This document shows, piece after piece, positions 1 to 9,922 of a stretch of DNA of 64,000 nucleotides. How positions within the stretch are numbered: position 1 is the stretch's first letter; the number at the start of each line of letters is the position of its first letter. Below the pieces are notes generated by a model. That model was not told where the DNA came from. It ran no database searches and saw only the letters and a program-made list of their open reading frames with translations. Both the position numbers and the translations under genes were made by a program. The DNA comes from Candidatus Fraserbacteria bacterium (GTDB lineage Bacteria > Bipolaricaulota > Bipolaricaulia > RBG-16-55-9 > JAJCYT01): assembly GCA_029262795.1 (NCBI GenBank), contig JAJCYT010000027.1:54962-118961 (forward strand). Direction: 5' to 3'.

Positions 1-1
1 T

Positions 2-310
2 GATGCTCAACTCAAACGACTGCTTCCAATGAATGATGCGTTTGATTGGGAAATTAATATGTTCACCTTTCAACCAGGGGCAACATTGCCATTGGTTGAA
101 GTTCATGTGATGGAGCATGGATTGGTGATGCTTGAAGGTCAAGGAATTTACCGACTAGATGAACATTGGTATCCAATTCAAAAAGGTGATGTGGTTTGGA
201 TGGGGCCGTATTGTCCGCAGTGGTTTGCCGCCATTGGCAAAACACCCTCTTCATATCTTTATTACAAAGATGTGCGACGTGATCCTTTGGCAGAATTTAA
301 TTTGCTTTGA
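2..310 (+). CDS. cupin-domain protein, 5' partial (frame open to window edge)
   Basis: ORF open to position 2; C-terminal beta-barrel-like sequence with conserved His/Glu pattern (HVMEHGLVMLEGQG...) typical of cupins. Confidence 0.45.
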   Translation, partial: DAQLKRLLPMNDAFDWEINMFTFQPGATLPLVEVHVMEHGLVMLEGQGIYRLDEHWYPIQKGDVVWMGPYCPQWFAAIGKTPSSYLYYKDVRRDPLAEFNLL

Positions 311-313
311 GTT

Positions 314-802
314 TTATTTCGATTGCAATCGTTCGCTGAGCGCTTCATCCACCACTTTCGGTACCAGATGGGAAATCTTTTCGCCATACCCTTTAACTTC
401 CTTGACGATGGAAGAACTTAAAAACACATAACGTCCACTGGTCATCAAAAACACACTTTCAATTTCAGGTGCCATGTCTCGATTCATCAACGCCATTTGG
501 AACTCATAATCAAAGTCTGAGTTTACGCGCAAGCCGCGTACGATGGCGTCCACGTTCATGTCGCGTGCAAACTCTACCAGCAGGCCGTTGTATGTGACCA
601 CTTCGATACCTTCCAGTCCCACTTCCTGCATTGCATCATTGACCAGGGCTTGCCGTTCTTCAAGCGTGAATAGCATATCTTTGTTCGGATTGTGCACCAC
701 TGCTACGATCAATTGGTCAAACAATTTTTGTGCTCGCTTGATAATGGCCAGATGTCCGTTGGTAATTGGGTCAAAACTGCCTGGATACAGCGCCTTGGTC
801 AT
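314..802 (-). CDS. coaD: phosphopantetheine adenylyltransferase
   Basis: N-terminal YPGSFDPITNGH nucleotidyltransferase motif, ~160 aa, whole-length CoaD-like. Confidence 0.9.
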   Translation of the reverse strand: MTKALYPGSFDPITNGHLAIIKRAQKLFDQLIVAVVHNPNKDMLFTLEERQALVNDAMQEVGLEGIEVVTYNGLLVEFARDMNVDAIVRGLRVNSDFDYEFQMALMNRDMAPEIESVFLMTSGRYVFLSSSIVKEVKGYGEKISHLVPKVVDEALSERLQSK

Positions 803-937
803 GGAGGACTCCTCGAAAGAAAGTTATAGACAGACTAACAATTGACATCATCAAGGGCAAACCTCGTGGCGAATAAAGCCAGATTCGTTTCAAAACTGCA
901 TGATAGCTATGATGGGTAAAAAAATAAAGGGGAATTC

Positions 938-1855
938 ATGGCGAAAGCTTATCTGGTGACAGGTGCCAGTAGTGGAATTGGGTTGGATTTATCTAAATAT
1001 TTGGCTGAGTTGGGTCATACCATCTATGCCACCGTTCGCAAACAAACAGACTATGACCGTCTGGAAACGATTGAAAACATCATGCCCATGATGGTGGATG
1101 TATCCAATCCACAGCAAATTGCTGAAGCCCGTGCTTTTATTGATGAGCAAGGGGCAGGGCTGGATGGGTTGATTAACAATGCAGGGCTTGGCCATTTGGG
1201 TTATTTGCACACCTTCACCGAAGCCGAAATGAAACTTCTGCTTGATGTGAATATTCATGGCCCAGTTCGAATGGCCAATGCTTTTTTGGATTTGTTGATC
1301 GCTTCCAAAGGGCGTGTGGTCAATATTGGTTCACAAGGTGGATCAGTGTCGATGGCATTTTTTGGACCTTATACCATGACCAAACATGCGCTTGAGGCTT
1401 ACACCGTTGCTTTAGGTGAAGAATTAAAATCATTTGGCGTGCATGTGAGCATCATTCAACCGGGTGGGATTGTGACTGAAATTTTTGACAATGGACGCGC
1501 ACCAAACATCGAACGGTTCGAGCGAGCAAAACCACCCTTTGATGAAGTTGCGAAAAAGATGATTCACGCACTCAATCAACCTATTGAATTTGATGCGAGC
1601 CAGCCGGAATCCGCATCAAATCGAAACCCATCGTCAACGGATATTGTGAATCAGGCAGCCCATCACGCATTGTTTTCAGATACTCCAAAAACACGTTATC
1701 TGGTCGGGACTCGATGGGAAGGTGGCCGTGTGATCAATATGCTGATTGAACGATTGCTTGATGCCAATGATTGCCCTTCTTTGCAGTACTCAAAAGAAGA
1801 ATTGTTTGAAAAGATTGAAGCGCATATGGGAAACAGAAACGATAGCCGGTGGTAA
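938..1855 (+). CDS. short-chain dehydrogenase/reductase (SDR) family oxidoreductase
   Basis: N-terminal TGASSGIG Rossmann motif, SDR length/architecture, long C-terminal extension. Confidence 0.8.
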   Translation: MAKAYLVTGASSGIGLDLSKYLAELGHTIYATVRKQTDYDRLETIENIMPMMVDVSNPQQIAEARAFIDEQGAGLDGLINNAGLGHLGYLHTFTEAEMKLLLDVNIHGPVRMANAFLDLLIASKGRVVNIGSQGGSVSMAFFGPYTMTKHALEAYTVALGEELKSFGVHVSIIQPGGIVTEIFDNGRAPNIERFERAKPPFDEVAKKMIHALNQPIEFDASQPESASNRNPSSTDIVNQAAHHALFSDTPKTRYLVGTRWEGGRVINMLIERLLDANDCPSLQYSKEELFEKIEAHMGNRNDSRW

Positions 1856-3700
1856 TCAGCGTTTGAGATACACCATCAGTGAAGCCAAATCCGCCTGAGA
1901 CACGCCAGGAATTCGTGAAGCTTGGCCGAGCGTTTCAGGTCGAACAGTCTTGAATTTTTCCCGACCTTCGCTGGAGATATTGGCTAGGTCATCGTATTGA
2001 AAACTAAATGGGATTCGTTTTTCTTCCAGTCGCTTTAATCGATCTATCTGATCCTGATGGCGATTGATGTAGCCTTCGTACTTGGCGCAGATGTCGAGTT
2101 CCTCTGCGATATCGGATGTGATGCCGTTGCGACTGGGGTCGAAGTCTGAAAGTGTGTAATAGTCGTATTCTGGGCGCTTGAGCAATTGGAACAGGCTGGA
2201 GCCAGGTTCAATGTTTTCGATACGAAGTCGATCCATATTGCCATTGCGATGAACTTTTGTGGTTCTTAGACGACTGAGCTCTGATTCAAGATTGAACTTT
2301 CGTTGCTGAAACATTTCATAGCGAACATCATCAACCAATTCAATTTGGCGACCATATTCAGTGAGCCGCAAGTCTGCATTGCCTTGGCGCAGAAGTAGGC
2401 GATATTCAACGCGGGAGGGCAGCATACGATAGGGTTCTTCTGTGCCTCTTGTGACAAGATCATCAATCATCACGCCGATGAAGGACTCCGTTCGTTTTAA
2501 GATCAAAGTTTCTTTATCACGAATCTTTTGCACAGCATTAATCCCTGCCATTAACCCTTGAGCAGACGCTTCTTCATAGCCTGTGGTGCCGTTGATTTGA
2601 CCAGCGAGATATAAGCCCTCCAACACTTTTGTTTCCAGTGTCGGCTTTAGTTGAGTGGGAAATGCGAAATCATATTCAACATCATAACCATAGATTTCAA
2701 TCACAGCTTCTTCTAATCCAGGGATACTGCGAATGGCTGCATCCTGAACTGCTGGCGGAGATGAGGTGGCAAAGCCACCGACGTACATGTGGTCTGTATC
2801 CACACCTTCGGGCTCCAAGAACAAGATATGAGAAGTACGTTCTGGAAAGCGCAAAATCTTTGTTTCAATTGAAGGGCAATAGCGTGGTCCTTCACCGCCA
2901 AGCGTTCCATTTTTGCCAGGATTTAGATGAAAAGCATCATGTAAAATTTGATGGGTTTCAGCATTGGATCGTGTGAGATAAACGGAATAATCTTTACTCA
3001 GTGAGACAGGTTCTGACATATAAGAAAAAGCCAATGGTTCATCTGCCGTTTCCTGAAGATTCATGTCTTTGAAATTGATTGAGTTTTTATTGAGGCGAGG
3101 TGTGGTGCCTGTGTTCAATCGACCCAATTCCAAGCCGGTTTCAAGCAAGGAATAAGACAGCCCAACAGCAGGTGGCTCACCTTCGCGGCCAGCATCAAAG
3201 GATTCATCGCCGCGATGACAGCGTCCTCTTAAAAAAGTTCCAGTGGTGACGATTACAGCTTGGGCGTGAATAATTTCACCGTTTTGCAATTCTACACCTG
3301 TGATTTTCCCATTTTTCCAAAGAAGCTTTTCGACCAGGCTTTCAACAAGAGTTAGGTTCTCTGTTTGTTCAAGGACTTGTCTCATTTCGGCTTTGTAGCG
3401 ATCACGATCAATCACGGCTCGAAGGGCATGCATGGCGGGACCTTTGCCCGTGTTGAGCGTACGGACGTTGATCATGGCCTTGTCGGTGACTTTACAGATT
3501 TCGCCACCGAGGGCGTCAACCTCACGCATCAACTGAGCTTTGCCAGGACCACCCATTGCGGGATTGCACGGCGCTTTGGCAATTTCATCCAGCTTGCCGG
3601 TGACGAGAGTGGTGTCACAACCCATACGTGCACTAGCCAATGCAGATTCGCATCCTGCATGGCCGCCGCCGATCACTAAAATTTCCGTGTGTCGATTCAT
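1856..3700 (-). CDS. mnmG: tRNA uridine 5-carboxymethylaminomethyl modification enzyme MnmG (GidA)
   Basis: FAD motif VIGGGHAGCE at N-terminus, 614 aa, conserved GidA core and C-terminal tRNA-binding region. Confidence 0.92.
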   Translation of the reverse strand: MNRHTEILVIGGGHAGCESALASARMGCDTTLVTGKLDEIAKAPCNPAMGGPGKAQLMREVDALGGEICKVTDKAMINVRTLNTGKGPAMHALRAVIDRDRYKAEMRQVLEQTENLTLVESLVEKLLWKNGKITGVELQNGEIIHAQAVIVTTGTFLRGRCHRGDESFDAGREGEPPAVGLSYSLLETGLELGRLNTGTTPRLNKNSINFKDMNLQETADEPLAFSYMSEPVSLSKDYSVYLTRSNAETHQILHDAFHLNPGKNGTLGGEGPRYCPSIETKILRFPERTSHILFLEPEGVDTDHMYVGGFATSSPPAVQDAAIRSIPGLEEAVIEIYGYDVEYDFAFPTQLKPTLETKVLEGLYLAGQINGTTGYEEASAQGLMAGINAVQKIRDKETLILKRTESFIGVMIDDLVTRGTEEPYRMLPSRVEYRLLLRQGNADLRLTEYGRQIELVDDVRYEMFQQRKFNLESELSRLRTTKVHRNGNMDRLRIENIEPGSSLFQLLKRPEYDYYTLSDFDPSRNGITSDIAEELDICAKYEGYINRHQDQIDRLKRLEEKRIPFSFQYDDLANISSEGREKFKTVRPETLGQASRIPGVSQADLASLMVYLKR

Positions 3701-3822
3701 TATTCAAGTCCTTGTGTCAAAAAAAATCAAGATCAAAACCTATTATACAAATTTGAATTCACTTGCTCATCATGGCTATGATCCATTTGTATTTTACATT
3801 CAAAAAGAGGAGTGAATACTGA

Positions 3823-4341
3823 ATGACTCAATTCAAAGATAAAAAAAGAAATAAACTGATTTTTAGCCTGTCCATTGCCACTGCTTTGCTTGGGGCAATG
3901 GTGTGGGCGGGGGTTTCTTTGATTGGCTTTGGGCAACCCTCTGGTGATGCTATCGTTATTCCTGGGGCGACATTTCAACCTTTGAATGGATGCTCTGTTG
4001 GCAACAATGGTGTCGTTTTAAAAGTGATGGCTGAGTGTGATGTCTTTTTTCCATTAAACCTTCCTGAGGGTGCGTTTATTTTTAGTATAGAGCTGGTCAC
4101 GTCTACAGGCAGACTGAATCTCAGGGATGTTTTCTTGGATATTTTCGATTTGCCAACAGGAGAATTTGAATCCATCAATCTAGGATTACCTGGAGATGAA
4201 CGGTGTGAAAATTTTTGTGTGGGTAACCTGCAACCAAATGTTCCTGCAGACAGTATTTTTCAAAACTATAGTTTAAGAATTTCAACCAGAGACCCCATTG
4301 ACATCTATCGAATGACGGTGTTTTATGATTTTTTAAGATAA
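3823..4341 (+). CDS. hypothetical secreted protein (signal peptide, 4 Cys)
   Basis: Lys-rich N-terminus followed by hydrophobic helix LIFSLSIATALLGAMVWAG; no recognisable domain. Confidence 0.4.
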   Translation: MTQFKDKKRNKLIFSLSIATALLGAMVWAGVSLIGFGQPSGDAIVIPGATFQPLNGCSVGNNGVVLKVMAECDVFFPLNLPEGAFIFSIELVTSTGRLNLRDVFLDIFDLPTGEFESINLGLPGDERCENFCVGNLQPNVPADSIFQNYSLRISTRDPIDIYRMTVFYDFLR

Positions 4342-4356
4342 CGAATCAGGAGCGAT

Positions 4357-4809
4357 ATGACTGAGATTCACGAAAAATTTATTCGCAAAAGTATCGAGCT
4401 TGCTCAAAGTGCGGTTGAAAAAGGCAATCACCCTTTTGGTGCATTGTTGGTTAAGGATGGAGAAATTATTCTCACGGCTGAAAATTCTGTTCATACTGAA
4501 AATGATTGCACTCGCCATGCTGAATTAAACCTGGTCAGCATGGCAGTGAGGCAATTTAATGCCGATACGTTGGCACAATCCACGCTTTACACCAGCACAG
4601 AACCCTGCGCGATGTGTTCAGGCTCTATCTATTGGTCTGGCATTTCGAGGGTGGTGTTTGCATGTTCTGTTGAAGGACTGGCAGAGATCTCCGGTGGAAA
4701 TTTAATGTTGCCTTGTCGCGAAGTGTTTTCGCGAGGCCAAAAAGAAATCGAGGTTTTGGGGCCTATTCTTGAAGCTGAATCCCAAAAGGTGCATCAGTCG
4801 TTTTGGTGA
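4357..4809 (+). CDS. CDA-fold nucleoside/guanine deaminase (GuaD/TadA-like)
   Basis: HAE...PCAMC zinc-binding motifs of cytidine/deoxycytidylate deaminase superfamily; strong resemblance to small bacterial guanine deaminases (…LYTS.EPC.MC…). Confidence 0.75.
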   Translation: MTEIHEKFIRKSIELAQSAVEKGNHPFGALLVKDGEIILTAENSVHTENDCTRHAELNLVSMAVRQFNADTLAQSTLYTSTEPCAMCSGSIYWSGISRVVFACSVEGLAEISGGNLMLPCREVFSRGQKEIEVLGPILEAESQKVHQSFW

Positions 4810-4878
4810 TTTTTTTAGCGCTGACTTGAATTTTCCTTGCGAGGGCATGAAAAGAGCGTGAAAAACTGACCATGCCTC

Positions 4879-7467
4879 TTGAATCCTCTTCTGAATAAGG
4901 TTTATAGTAAAGATATTAAGGAGGGCGATATGAGGCGTTTTTTGTTGATCTCGCTTGTGGTTTCATTCGCATTTTTCGGGTTTTCTGAAACTTTGGCTCA
5001 AACTGACGATGTGGGTAATGAACCCACGGCATTTGAAGCCTCCCTGCTGCCCTCCGACAATGTAGAAGTTCGCGGTCAGATTGAAGTAATTGGTGATGTC
5101 GATTGTTTCATGTTTGAAGTTGTCTTTCCAGAAGACAGCAACCAGGTGAACTACACACTCGAAACCAGTGATCTGAGCGGGAGCTTGGACACAGTGTTGG
5201 TGTTGTTTGATCGTAATGGACGAACTGTATTGGCCATTGATGACAATAGTGGTCAGGATCGTGGCTCACGCATTGAGTTCGCGCCTTCCTTTGAAGGGCT
5301 TTACTTTGTGTGTGTGCGTAATGCGCGATCCACACAAGGCGCTGGCAGTTATACCTTGAGCGTGATCAACAATGGCAGTAGCGCACCTACAACGACGGTA
5401 AACACACCGCCTGCGCCCACAACACCACCAGCCACGCCACCTTCGAATAACGAGAACAACGAAGAGAACACGACAAACCAGGAAGAAGAAACCAACAACG
5501 AACCGGAGACGACATCTCAGCCTCCACAACAGGAGGAAACCAATACCCCTCCGGTTCCTGAAACCCCTGAGCCTCCAACAACAAACAATACGCCACCTGA
5601 AACAGAAGAACGTCCTACCGCGCCAAGTAGCTCAACCGAGGTGCTTCGCGAAGGTCGCATTGCCCTCCTTGGCGGCGACGATGATGACAGCATCCGCAAC
5701 GTGCAGAGTTATTTGATGGCAACAGGGTCGTTTCCATCAGTAGATGTGATCAATGTGTCGCGGGAAACGCCATCTGAATTTGAGCTGAATCAGTACGAAG
5801 CGGTTTTGGTGTGGGCCGACAGCGGCTTCCAGGATGCGGATGCAATGGGAGATCGCTTGGCATCTTACGTCGATCGTGGTGGTGGTGTGGTGGTGGCTGC
5901 CGTGAGTTTTGATATTCCTGATCCATTTGATCCAGACACTTTAGGTGGACGATTTTTTACTGGCAATTATTACGTGATTCAACCTGACACCGACAACGTG
6001 AGTGACGATCGTCGCGTGTTGGGTAATGTGCAAAATCCAAACCATCCTGTGATGTTAGGGGTTACAAAGATTGATGGTGGCCCTAGCAGCTTGCATTCCC
6101 CCACATCAAATTTGACCTCTGGCGGTCAGACGTTGGCTTCATGGGACAATGGCTCTGTATTGGTGGCTGCCAAAAGCATGGGGCAGGCCAATCGAGTTGA
6201 TATCAATTTGTTCCCTCCATCCAGCTTACTCGACCCTGATTTGTGGCCATTTACACAAGACAACGATGTGCCACGATTGATGGTTAATGCCTTGTTCTGG
6301 GTGGCGGGGCGAGATCAGCCTTTCACCGAAACACCTGAAGGACAGCCAGGTTTGTTGGAAGCCAGTGTGCCTTTATTGAGTTTTAATGCCCGACCGGGCG
6401 ACACGGCGACAAATCAAAACGTGACCTTGCGCAATGTGGGTGGTCAATCTTTAACTTGGTCCGCTTCTGTAGATGTCAATTGGATTAGCCTCAACCCATC
6501 TCAAGGAGAGCTTGGTTCCGGAGATTCACTTAACGTGTCTGTGTCTGCCAATCCGGGGAGTTTGGGATTGGGCACACACAATGGCACCATCACATTTATG
6601 ATGGTGGGTGGTGAAAGTGGTGTGGTTCGTGTACCTGTCACATTAACGTTGAATTCTGAAGCTGCACCACCGACCACGAATAACCCGCAGCCGCCATCAA
6701 CACCAAGTGGCAGTGGCAACGTATTACAGGTGCCGACACAATTTTCCAGCCTCAGCGGAGCTTTAGCGCAAGCGCAGGCAGGCGATGTGATTGAAATTGA
6801 TGCAGGGACATTGACGAATGTGGCCGTTACGATTTCTCAACCCATCACCATTCGAGGCTCAACTGGCTTAACGCGTACCGTGCTTCGCGGCAGTGGCGCT
6901 GCCCCCGTGATTACAGTCGGGGCCAATGTGGCAGGTGTCAACTTGCAAAACATCACCATCAACAGTGGTCGCATTGGCGTGCTTGCCACCGATGGCTCAC
7001 AGGTGGCTTTACAAAATGTGGTGGTGACGGACAATTCAGGTTGGGGTGTTCAAGTCCTGGGAGCCTCCATTTTCTCATCAACAGGAAGCACGATTGCCAG
7101 CAATGGATCAGGTGGTATCACGCTTGACATTGGAGATGCTACCAACAGCTCGCTTCAAGTATTGATGAACAGCAACACGATTCAGAACAATTCCGGCTGC
7201 GGTGTTCATGTGGCTTCGGATGAAACAGGGATTCAGATTTCTGGTAGCAACAATCGTGTGGCTGGTAACAATGTTGAGCTTTGTGACAATGCCAATCGCT
7301 TGCCCGCAAACTTTGTCAACGCCGATTCAGCTTCTTCAAACAATTCAGGCGCCAACAACTCTGGCCCTTCAGCCACCGAATTCGACGATGATGGCGATGG
7401 TGTGCCAGATGCTGATGATTTTTGCCCAATTACTCCGGGTAGAGTAGATAACAATGGCTGTCCATAG
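4879..7467 (+). CDS. large secreted multidomain protein: PPC-like domain, Pro/Thr-rich linker, ThuA/GATase1-like domain, Ig-like beta-sandwich, parallel beta-helix (PbH1/NosD-like) repeats, C-terminal TSP3-type Ca-binding repeats
   Basis: Signal peptide; DVDCFMFEV (PPC D-x-D-x-Y/F-x-F pattern); PTTPPATPP low-complexity linker; IALLGGDDDD…AVLVWADSG…GGGVVVA GATase1-like pattern; NVTLRNVGGQSLTWSAS…NVSVSANP Ig-like; G-x-G/N-x-G parallel beta-helix periodicity; DDDGDGVPDADDFCP at C-terminus. Confidence 0.7.
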   Translation: MNPLLNKVYSKDIKEGDMRRFLLISLVVSFAFFGFSETLAQTDDVGNEPTAFEASLLPSDNVEVRGQIEVIGDVDCFMFEVVFPEDSNQVNYTLETSDLSGSLDTVLVLFDRNGRTVLAIDDNSGQDRGSRIEFAPSFEGLYFVCVRNARSTQGAGSYTLSVINNGSSAPTTTVNTPPAPTTPPATPPSNNENNEENTTNQEEETNNEPETTSQPPQQEETNTPPVPETPEPPTTNNTPPETEERPTAPSSSTEVLREGRIALLGGDDDDSIRNVQSYLMATGSFPSVDVINVSRETPSEFELNQYEAVLVWADSGFQDADAMGDRLASYVDRGGGVVVAAVSFDIPDPFDPDTLGGRFFTGNYYVIQPDTDNVSDDRRVLGNVQNPNHPVMLGVTKIDGGPSSLHSPTSNLTSGGQTLASWDNGSVLVAAKSMGQANRVDINLFPPSSLLDPDLWPFTQDNDVPRLMVNALFWVAGRDQPFTETPEGQPGLLEASVPLLSFNARPGDTATNQNVTLRNVGGQSLTWSASVDVNWISLNPSQGELGSGDSLNVSVSANPGSLGLGTHNGTITFMMVGGESGVVRVPVTLTLNSEAAPPTTNNPQPPSTPSGSGNVLQVPTQFSSLSGALAQAQAGDVIEIDAGTLTNVAVTISQPITIRGSTGLTRTVLRGSGAAPVITVGANVAGVNLQNITINSGRIGVLATDGSQVALQNVVVTDNSGWGVQVLGASIFSSTGSTIASNGSGGITLDIGDATNSSLQVLMNSNTIQNNSGCGVHVASDETGIQISGSNNRVAGNNVELCDNANRLPANFVNADSASSNNSGANNSGPSATEFDDDGDGVPDADDFCPITPGRVDNNGCP

Positions 7468-7506
7468 CGGGCTCATCTGAATCAATCAAACAATAAATCT
7501 TTTATA

Positions 7507-7538
7507 AGAGCCAAGCATTGCTTGGCTCTTTTTCTTTT
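7507..7538 (+). terminator. rho-independent terminator after the 862-aa secreted protein gene
   Basis: perfect 10-bp stem agagccaagc/gcttggctct with 4-nt loop followed by TTTTTCTTTT. Confidence 0.55.
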
Positions 7539-7606
7539 GATCGCAACTGAGAGCAATGAACAGTATCCTGATATTTATTTCTATTCTGAATTGAGGGAGG
7601 ACGTGC

Positions 7607-8629
7607 ATGAAAGCCGCACTTTTCCATGAGCATGGAGATATAGATGTATTGAAGTATGGAGATATGGACACACCAAAGCCTGATGCAAGCGAGGTGTTGG
7701 TTGAGGTGAAAGCCTGCTCAGTCAACCATCTGGATATCTGGGTTCGTAAGGGGTTGCCCGGACTTGACCTACCGATGCCACATGTGGGTGGCAGCGACAT
7801 TGTGGGTGTGGTGGCCGAAGTGGGTGCAGGTGTTTCAGACGTTGAAGTCGGGGCACGTGTGGTGGTGGATCCTAATCTTTATTTGGGCCAACGTCCCTGG
7901 TCTGATGGCGATGAGGGCGAAATGCACGCCATTATTGGGGAACATACTCGTGGCGGTTTTGCCGAGTATGTCGTGGTGCCTGCCCACAATCTTTTGCCTT
8001 TGCCAGATCATGTCGAGTTTGAAAAAGCAGCTGCAGTGCCATTGGTGTTTCTCACCGCTTGGCGGATGGTGATGGGCAACGCCAAAGTGAGTGCAGAAGA
8101 TACCGTGGTTGTTTTAGGTGCAGGCGGGGGCGTGGCCAGTGCGGCGATTCAAATTGCCAAGTTGGCGGGGGCAACCGTCTATGCCACTGCAGGTCATCCT
8201 GAAAAATTAGAAAAGGCAAAGCAGTTGGATGTCGATGAATTGATCAATCATCGTGAGCATGACTTTTCCAAAGTCACATGGAAGCTGACCAACAAACGCG
8301 GGGTCGATGTGATCATTGATCCTGTGGGTGGCAGTGACACTTTGCCAAAATCAGTAAAGGCACTCGCCAAATATGGTCGTTATGTCACTTGTGGTGCAAC
8401 CACAGGCGCAACGGCTGAAATTAACGTTCCCTTGATGTTCTGGAAACAAATTCAATTGTTTGGTTCTACAATGGGATCACGCAAAGAATTGAGCGATGTG
8501 CTCAACCTTGTCTGGCAAGGAAAGCTCAATCCAGTGGTAGATCAAACATTGCCCTTATCTGAAATTAAAAAAGCACACGAACTAATTGAATCCCGAGATG
8601 TGTTTGGGAAATTGGTAATGATGCCTTAA
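7607..8629 (+). CDS. zinc-dependent alcohol dehydrogenase / quinone oxidoreductase (MDR family)
   Basis: GroES-like N-terminus with CSVNHLD zinc ligand region, GAGGGVASAA Rossmann motif. Confidence 0.85.
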   Translation: MKAALFHEHGDIDVLKYGDMDTPKPDASEVLVEVKACSVNHLDIWVRKGLPGLDLPMPHVGGSDIVGVVAEVGAGVSDVEVGARVVVDPNLYLGQRPWSDGDEGEMHAIIGEHTRGGFAEYVVVPAHNLLPLPDHVEFEKAAAVPLVFLTAWRMVMGNAKVSAEDTVVVLGAGGGVASAAIQIAKLAGATVYATAGHPEKLEKAKQLDVDELINHREHDFSKVTWKLTNKRGVDVIIDPVGGSDTLPKSVKALAKYGRYVTCGATTGATAEINVPLMFWKQIQLFGSTMGSRKELSDVLNLVWQGKLNPVVDQTLPLSEIKKAHELIESRDVFGKLVMMP

Positions 8630-8665
8630 CAAAATTGCAAAACAAAACCGTATGATAAGAGGCCA

Positions 8666-9307
8666 TTAGAACTGGTTAATAATGGGGCCTCTAAAATCAT
8701 TGAGCCTAATCGGTTTTTGATCAGCAAAGTTTGCGAAAGTACTGGAGTTGTCACCCGTTGTGGTTGATGTTTCTGGTTGCAGGGTGATGTTGCCAGAAAC
8801 ATCAAAATTGTCGACCACACTGACATTATCAGATACCAGTGCATGATCGATTGGGTTGAATGAACTCGGCATCACATTGAGGACCAATGCCATCAAGGCA
8901 ACCGCAGCAGAAGCGGTATACGTCCATGCCAAAACACGCTTGCGGTAACCGGCAAAACCAAACGCACTAAAGTAATCCTGAAACCAGGAGGCACTTTTAT
9001 CAGCTTTGCGCAGTTTGTCAGCCACCTTGCTGCACTGAGCACAAGTTTGAACATGCAGGGAAAGGTCGGTGAGGGTCCATTCAAGCGCCACATCTTCGGC
9101 GCCCATCCAATTGGCTGAATCTGTTTGCGGGCGTTGCCAAAGATCAGGCATGGCATTGCTGTTGTTTAAATATTCTTCAATTTGATCTTTGGATGGATGT
9201 TGCGTGTAATTCTGCTTGCCACGCTTCAAAGGTTCAAATAAATGAATAAATTCTTTAATCAAGTTTTTAGATTCTTGTTCGTTTAAAAAGTTGTTGTCCT
9301 CACTCAT
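8666..9307 (-). CDS. hypothetical single-pass membrane protein with cytoplasmic CxxC zinc-finger-like motif (anti-sigma-like topology)
   Basis: TCAQC motif, central TM helix AVALMALVLNV, Ser/Thr-rich periplasmic tail; no homology assignable. Confidence 0.4.
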   Translation of the reverse strand: MSEDNNFLNEQESKNLIKEFIHLFEPLKRGKQNYTQHPSKDQIEEYLNNSNAMPDLWQRPQTDSANWMGAEDVALEWTLTDLSLHVQTCAQCSKVADKLRKADKSASWFQDYFSAFGFAGYRKRVLAWTYTASAAVALMALVLNVMPSSFNPIDHALVSDNVSVVDNFDVSGNITLQPETSTTTGDNSSTFANFADQKPIRLNDFRGPIINQF

Positions 9308-9792
9308 GCGGTTTCCCTTTCAAGGTTGTCCTGAGCTGCGAGCTGTTGATGAATGGCTTTGATGCGGTCTTTCTCGCGGGTCGGATTAAATTCCTTGCCA
9401 ACCAGCTGAAATACATGACTCCAGTTCAGGTGTGTGCCAACAATTTTTTCCATGGTCAGTGACCTGAAATCGATGGCTTTTTGGTCAATTTTTTCCAACA
9501 GCCAGGCACGTTTGCTCCGATCGACCTTATCGGTGCTGTTACTACACATGTAGATGAGCAGCCCACGAACGGCATCTGCATCGCCATCCTCGACTGCATA
9601 CGCAAAGGAAAGCCATTGCCGTGCGGCATCAACATCTCCGTCCATACACAGAAATTCTTCCATTTCTGTTGGAGGAAGGTTGGTCCCACGAACGATTTGC
9701 TCACCATATGCCAATCGTGCGTATTCAATATTAAGTGCCATAATTGCCTGTAGCTCTTCATCATCATAACACAATTTTAGCAGCATCGTCAA
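9304..9792 (-). CDS. hypothetical cytoplasmic protein, translationally coupled (ATGA overlap) to the membrane protein downstream
   Basis: ORF with overlap 9304-9307; no recognisable sigma-70 motifs. Confidence 0.4.
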   Translation of the reverse strand: MTMLLKLCYDDEELQAIMALNIEYARLAYGEQIVRGTNLPPTEMEEFLCMDGDVDAARQWLSFAYAVEDGDADAVRGLLIYMCSNSTDKVDRSKRAWLLEKIDQKAIDFRSLTMEKIVGTHLNWSHVFQLVGKEFNPTREKDRIKAIHQQLAAQDNLERETA

Positions 9793-9922
9793 GAATTCTG
9801 ACAGATTTGGACAATTGTCGCGAACGTAACCGACATCACCTTCATTCGTAATTCAAGCTGAGTTGTGCTAAGATAGGTCAAAAGAAGGTAGTTGTTATCA
9901 GGCGTTTACAGGCGGTAACACC

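Noticed and set aside
5108-5699. Stack of minus-strand ORFs (75-87 aa, Cys/Arg/Trp-rich) antisense to the Pro/Thr linker of the 862-aa gene
   Set aside because: They are artefacts of low-complexity ACC/CCA-rich coding sequence read in the antisense frame. They have no RBS and no domain features.
8666-9792. Sigma / anti-sigma factor pair
   Set aside because: The membrane protein has anti-sigma-like topology and a CxxC motif. The upstream partner shows none of the sigma-70 region 2 or region 4 signatures, so I did not call it an ECF sigma factor.
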